From the NCBI RefSeq assembly GCF_018350175.1, contig NC_058368.1, forward strand, positions 157,110,001 through 157,174,000: a DNA stretch of 64,000 bases, written 5' to 3'. Source of the DNA: Felis catus (taxonomy: Eukaryota). The position numbers were made by a program, and so were the translations under genes. The notes beneath the pieces are model-generated. The model did no database searches and was not told where the DNA came from. It saw only the letters and a program-made list of their open reading frames with translations. How positions within the stretch are numbered: position 1 is the stretch's first letter; every line of letters begins with the position of its first letter. This document shows, piece by piece, positions 1-64,000 of the stretch.

Positions 1-957
1 ATTCCTGAATGATATTAAACTGTGTGGCCTATTTTTTCACAGAGAAAGCAACAACCATATTTTGTATGATTAAAGGAGAGGAAATGACATTTAAAAAGGC
101 AGGGTCTTAGAAACTCAAGTTATTTAAGAGTCAGATAATCAATGTGCTTATTTTATTTAATGCGGGTGCTCTTTTTGTATGAAGCGTAAGTATTTGGTAT
201 GTAGAAGTCACATGTAATTACACTCAACTATTCACGGATGCTGGCTTCCATTAAAATATTCTCTGAGCGTAGGTTTGCTTTCCTGCTCAGTCTTAATACT
301 TGGAACTGATTACCTACCTTTCTACAGCAGAGGCCTCTTTGGAAGGGGGGTTCTACCCTAAGATTGGTAAGCACAAGAGGGGCCCCCTGTTTAGTGGAAA
401 TCAGAGGTGCTGCTTAACAGGTGCTGCACCAAGCAATTGGTTTCAGTATTTTGCTCCAGCTCACTTTGGACCTGGAAAACTTTGGTGACCTTAGAACAAC
501 ATATTGCTGCCATTAGAAATCTAGCTGAAGGCCCTGACTTCACAAATTTACATAAAAATTAAAGGTCAAGACATAAGTTTACCAGTTACATGCCCATTCA
601 GTAGTGAAACCCAGAATGAAACATACCACTGAGGTTCTGGGAGTATAGTTTAATGCAGTTCTTTTAAAGAGGATGAGAGTGAAGTACCTGGTCAGCTACA
701 TTGGTGATACTATACTCTAAGCAGCATGTTGAGTGAGAGTAGTTCAGAAACTATTATAGAAATAAACAGCCACACATTGTTAAGAGTCAAATTCTTATGA
801 GGTTTATATTTTCACAGTAACCATTTTTAATAACTCATCATCTTTATCTGATGACCCCTTTTATGACAATTAAGATGGTAATCCCCAATTTCAGTGATCT
901 AGTAAAATTCAGATTCAAAGGAATGCAAATTCATTTTAACAATAGACACAATGGGCA

Positions 958-1424
958 ATGTACTAATTTTCTCTGCTGTCATAACAAATTACCACAAACT
1001 TAGTGGCTTTAAAACAACATAAATTTATTTCCTTACAGTTCTGTAAGTCACATGTCCAACACGGGTCTCAGCAGGTTACAATCGAGGTCCCAGAAGGGCT
1101 GTATCCCTTTCTGGGAACTCCACTGGAGAAAGTTTCCTTCCTTCTTCCAGTTTCTAGAGCCTGCCCTTAGTCCAAGGATGGACCCACCTTCCTCCATCTT
1201 CAAAGCCAGTAATGTTGAATCTCTGACCTTCCATTGTCATTCTTTGAAAGGCTCTCCACTTTTAAGGACTTCTGTGATTAAACTGGGTCCACTCAATAAT
1301 CCAATATAATCTCTCTGTCTCAAGGTCTATACCCTCAAGCACATTTGCATAGCCCCTTTACCACATATTCACAAGTTCTGGTGATTAGGGCATGACACCT
1401 TTGGGGACCATTATTCTGCCTACA
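958..1424 (-). mobile_element. MaLR solo LTR (MLT1D-like)
   Basis: Termini resemble recalled MLT1: ...ataacaaattaccacaaacttagtggctttaaaacaac... and ggggaccattattctgcctaca. Confidence 0.8.
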
Positions 1425-3677
1425 TATAAGCAGAAACAGCAAGATAAACATTTTTTTATTGTCCATCTTCCAGAAAAATTCATGTAATTTAAATGTTTCT
1501 TATGATAGGTACTATATACAGGGGAAGTATGTAGCCCAAATGAACTTTTGTACTGATTCAAACTCAGGAGAGATCATGGCATGAAAATTATTTCAACACT
1601 GGAGTGATGTCATATGAAACCCAATTTTCTTGGGATACTCCAATTTTAATTATCCCTCTCCTGGCATCATTTCCCTTCACTAAAACAAATAGGTATTTTC
1701 AATTCTAAGTCCAAAATAGAAAAAAAAAAAAAGAATTTAAAATGTTTCATAAGAGCTGTTTGTTAAAGAGACCCTATTCTTAAGTTTCTCCAAAGCATTT
1801 TGAGGTCTAAATATAATTTAGCATTCATTTTCAAAAATTATAGTTGTATAGGGTTTTAAAACACTGCTATCCAAAAAGTTCCTATTCTAATCAGCCAAAA
1901 AGAGGAAAAACCCATTATTATATGGCAAAGGGACAGCTAGACACATTGAGCGGGCTTTCAGTGCAATAGGTCTTAAGTGACTCTATTTGCTAAACCAAAA
2001 ATAAACTCTAAATAAGGACATTTTCTGACTTTTTACCTTCTCTGTATAAAAAGTCTTAAAAAACAAATATATGGGAAGACTACTGTACTTGTATCTGATA
2101 CACAAATATATTTTTCTAATTGAAAACACAATAAAACAAAAAGACCTCTCCTGAAATTGACGGTCAGTTTACAACCAACAGCTGCATGCTACACCTTGTA
2201 ACAAGTAACATGGGAGTCTGAGAAGCTTTCTATCCACTAGCAACTGAAGTGGAAGAAAGAAGACCTGTAGAGAGACAGGGTCAACTTTGCCAAAACAGTT
2301 TCCACATTTGTTAAAGTGTGCAAAAATGGGAATAGATCTACAAGCCCTTCTCACTCATACATTAAATATACTTCATTTTTGTGTCTGTATAAAACGTCCC
2401 AAAACAAGTATCGAATGTTCTATGAAGCAACCAAACATGTATGTTTTCATATTCATATATTACATATCAATAATATTACTTAGTGTTCATCTAATGTTTC
2501 ATGTTAGTTTAGATAACTGTACCTTTTAATCCCCTGTCCAATTCTGTTCTGTGTAGATTCCTAACTTAAAGGAAGTTTGTCAGCTCATTTTGTAAAGTGA
2601 AGAAAGAGTACAGCATTTTAAACTAAAGTTTATATTTTTTATCCTGACTAGAAATTAATGCAAGGGACTTTTCTAGAAATATGACAAGTGATCTCAAACA
2701 AATAGATTGTGTTTTGAAAGTTTAATTATAAGCCAAAATATATTTTTTCCACAGAAAATGATCACCAGATACCAAGCTGGTCTATAAACACCTAATTAAA
2801 CAATAAGAGCCAAATGGTAGATAAAAATTAGCAGAAAATGCACTATAATTCTCAAATAATGAAACACTATGGATGCTAAATATTGACATTTCAGGAAATA
2901 ACTTTTTATGTAATTTCTCTAAACTTACATATAAAATGAAGGGAAATTCCAGCTACCTTAAAGTTCCTAGACTCTGATAACACTGATTCCATTTCAGGTT
3001 TTCTTTGCTTTGAGCATGCTGTTTAGCACTATTCTCCTTTACTTACTAGGATTACATGACAATGTTAAAACATTTAGCATAGGTCTGGTATGAAGTAAGC
3101 GCTATAAAAATCATACATTTATTATTTGAGCCTCACGATAACTGGGCAGTAACCTGAAGAGAAGGTAACAAAAGAGAGGATGTGTATACATCCATGCAAA
3201 AAGAATTACCTGAGATGGTATTAACTATCATCTTTTCGAACCTTCCATTCTAGAAAACCTGGGTCTGAGGTCACTGAAGGCCAGAACTAGGCAACTTAGT
3301 CAAAAGGTCACTTAGTCAAAAGGTCACAGGCCTGGAGGAAAGGCTGACCAAATCCACCCTGGAGATGAAAGTAACCTTGTGAAGTAAGTGACACCCCAGA
3401 AAGTGGATAGAAAACAAGAAATGACTTCTAAGCATTTAAGCAGATGGATCCAGCCCATTCTGGGATAAGGGCTAAAGTACTTTCCAGAGGAAGCAAGAGG
3501 GCATGGGCACCAGAGATCATCTCGTGCTCACCTCTGGCTAAGTCTGTGGGCCAGGCTGTTAAAAGCACTCAATCATCATCGGTTGTTAGGGTAAAGAAGA
3601 GATGAGCAGAGACTGGCAAGTGCCTGATCCTATTAAAGAAAAAGTAAAGGGAAGAATCATCATTGCAGTAATCCAGA

Positions 3678-3778
3678 GGTTCGAAACCTGAATGAACATC
3701 AGAATCTCTTAGGCATGCCTTTATAATGCAGAGTCCTAGGCCCTTCTCCTTAAAGATTCTGATTGCATAGGTCTGAAT
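3678..3778. mobile_element. MER5-type hAT-Charlie fragment
   Basis: catcagaatc...aatgcagagtcctaggccc...agattctgatt...aggtctg motif. Confidence 0.6.
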
Positions 3779-3857
3779 AATGAGAATACTTAGCTAAATT
3801 TGGGAATTCATCAAATTACAGTCAGTTCAATAGATTAGATTAACCTTTGGAGTAAAA

Positions 3858-3863
3858 TTTAAT
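3858..3863 (-). terminator. Candidate distal poly(A) signal ATTAAA of SKIC3
   Basis: tttaat on +; preceded on the minus strand by TGTA and U-rich sequence. Confidence 0.35.
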
Positions 3864-4524
3864 TACAGAACATTGTCAATTTATATTATCTCACAAAATA
3901 ACACGCAAAGCTGACAAAAAAACTACACACATGAATTGTACAACCACACATTTTCATAAAACAAATAATATATGTAAATGTCTGAAAACTTTTAAAACCA
4001 CAAATCCAAAGTAAGCAACATACAGCTTCTTCAGATATATAAAAGGTTTTCTGAAAAAATAAAATAGGTAAATGTGCTTTCAAGTTTTAAAATTTGAAAC
4101 TTAGAAATTATATCTGATTTTAATAAAGAAAATAAGACACTAGGTTTTTTTCATTTCAGAAACTTCAAGTCTTTTCATCATAATTGAAGGAACTGCATGA
4201 TCGATTAAACACTGTCAGCATTGTTTTCCAAAATTCTCCATTAATTTTTTTAATGCAGCCATACACCTGAGTGCTCTGAATTACACAAACATATCCAATG
4301 GAGTCTAAGACTCACCAACATTTACATTATGCTTCTTCAACAGAATCTGAGATGAGCCACTAGTAAAACAGACTGTAAGATTATTTAGATGTGATGATGA
4401 ATTGGTCTGCTGAACTCCAGAGGTCACAGAAGGAATTACATCTTTGAATTTACTTTTTAACAAATAAAATTCAGCGTTGTGCTAATCTGCTTTTGCATAT
4501 TATTTGGAAAATGGCTATTAAGGC

Positions 4525-4530
4525 TTTATT
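4525..4530 (-). terminator. Candidate proximal poly(A) signal AATAAA of SKIC3
   Basis: tttatt on + strand, ~360 nt past the stop, with a TGTA motif just upstream on the minus strand. Confidence 0.55.
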
Positions 4531-4888
4531 GTAGAGGGGTACAAAAAATATCCTATTGTGCCTAATGCAAGATGGAGAAAAGAATGGTTTACAAATTACT
4601 GATGACCACCTAAGGGAATCCTGTTTTTTCCTTTCATTATGGATTTCTCAAAATCAAAGATATTTTTCAAATTAAAGTTACATTAAGAGCTTTCAGAAAA
4701 TTAAATCCCTAGCTTAAGAACTTAAATGTCTTCAGATTCAAAATAGGAATGGATGATTATAACTCTGTTTTTTTTTTGTTTTGTTTTGTTTTGTTTTTTT
4801 TTTAAATGTTGCTTTGGGGAAAAGTTTTGATTCATTGATTCATTCTTTCTAACAGCTTTTTCTTTGTTTACTATAAAATAATGCACTG

Positions 4889-63030
<58,142 letters not shown>

Positions 63031-63084
63031 CTGGAATTAAAAGGGAAAAATGATTAGCATATGTACTCCAAACTTTTTAAAAAA

Positions 63085-63287
63085 GTTTAATGTTTATTTA
63101 TTTTTGAGAGAGACACAGAGCCTGAGTTGGGGAGGGGCAGAGAGAGAGGGAGACACTGAATCCACAGCAGGCTCCAGGCTCCGAGCCATCAGCACAGAGC
63201 CTGACGTGCGGCTTAAACTCACAGACTGCGAGATCATGACCTGAGCCAAAGTGGGGTGCTTAACTGACTGAGCCACCCAGGGGCTCT
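63085..63287 (-). mobile_element. SINEC_Fc-like
   Basis: Typical body. Confidence 0.93.
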
Positions 63288-64000
63288 AATACTTCAAATT
63301 TCTAATTGCCAAAGCATACATACTTAAATCTCAAATACCATTTTACATATCTTTCACCATATCAATTCCAGGAATTCAAAACTTAAATAGACCAACAAAC
63401 ACCAAAAATTTTAACATTTCATTAAAAACTTATGCTCCTCATCTTAAATTTTGGAAGTAGAAACCACTTTACCCACTGCAGTATGGGTAAACTGAACCTG
63501 TAGTCATACTCAAGGTTTCAAACAGAAACCTACCGCTACTTGCCATTAGGCTAAGACACACAGCCTCCTGCTTGCCAGCTCTCCTTTTGCTGTTCAGCAC
63601 TAACAATTTCAGTTGTTAAATGAAGGAATCCCTAAGGACAGTTTCTTCACCAGTCTCTCTCCCTGGGCAACCATGTGCTGCCAGGGTTGCCCTATCTGTG
63701 ACAGCCAGGATGCCCTATCTAGTGTTCTTCCAGAATCTGGGATTAAAAGACAGTCTTCTTGTCAAGACACTATACAAAAACTTAGTCACATTCTTCTTAA
63801 GTCTACAAGTCCAGTAGCACCTTTCTGCATTCTTTCAAAAATTTTATTTTCCTATATACATTAATGGTTAAGCTTATGTAACAATCATGTAATGCCTATA
63901 TTTATTTCAAATTTATTCTGGTAAAATAATTTAGTTTAGAAAATATTATTTATTTTGTTTTATTTCCATTTTCTCCAACCTCAATCTCTGGATTTCCATT

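Noticed and set aside
1..3800. Exons of a neighbouring gene (FAM81B lies on this side in human, as I recall)
   Set aside because: No coding exon I could recognise; appears intergenic.
63500..63860. Further upstream SKIC3 exon
   Set aside because: No frame resembles the expected preceding peptide. The GC-richer patch at 63660-63720 looks like a small DNA-transposon relic.

Overview
AT-rich mammalian genomic DNA, most likely from a felid or other feliform carnivore (many SINEC_Fc-type tRNA-derived SINEs and a young L1_Fc-like element). Most of the window (4889-63030, minus strand) is the 3' part of SKIC3 (TTC37; TPR scaffold of the cytoplasmic SKI complex). I traced 33 coding exons by hand. 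They join with consistent phases into 3947 nt (2 nt plus 1315 codons including TAA at 4889-4891), matching human exons ~11-43 as I recall them. The 5' exons lie beyond the right end of the window. Introns hold about 25 SINECs, young and old L1s, LTRs, hAT DNA transposons, MIR/L2 relics and microsatellites; repeat family names are from memory and need RepeatMasker/Dfam confirmation. I found no convincing new biological system. The most interesting points are a GC-AG intron, a young L1 without a target-site duplication (TSD) sitting on the target site of an older L1, a locally templated poly(T)-led insertion, inverted SINE pairs, candidate poison exons and a one-codon insertion near the C-terminus.
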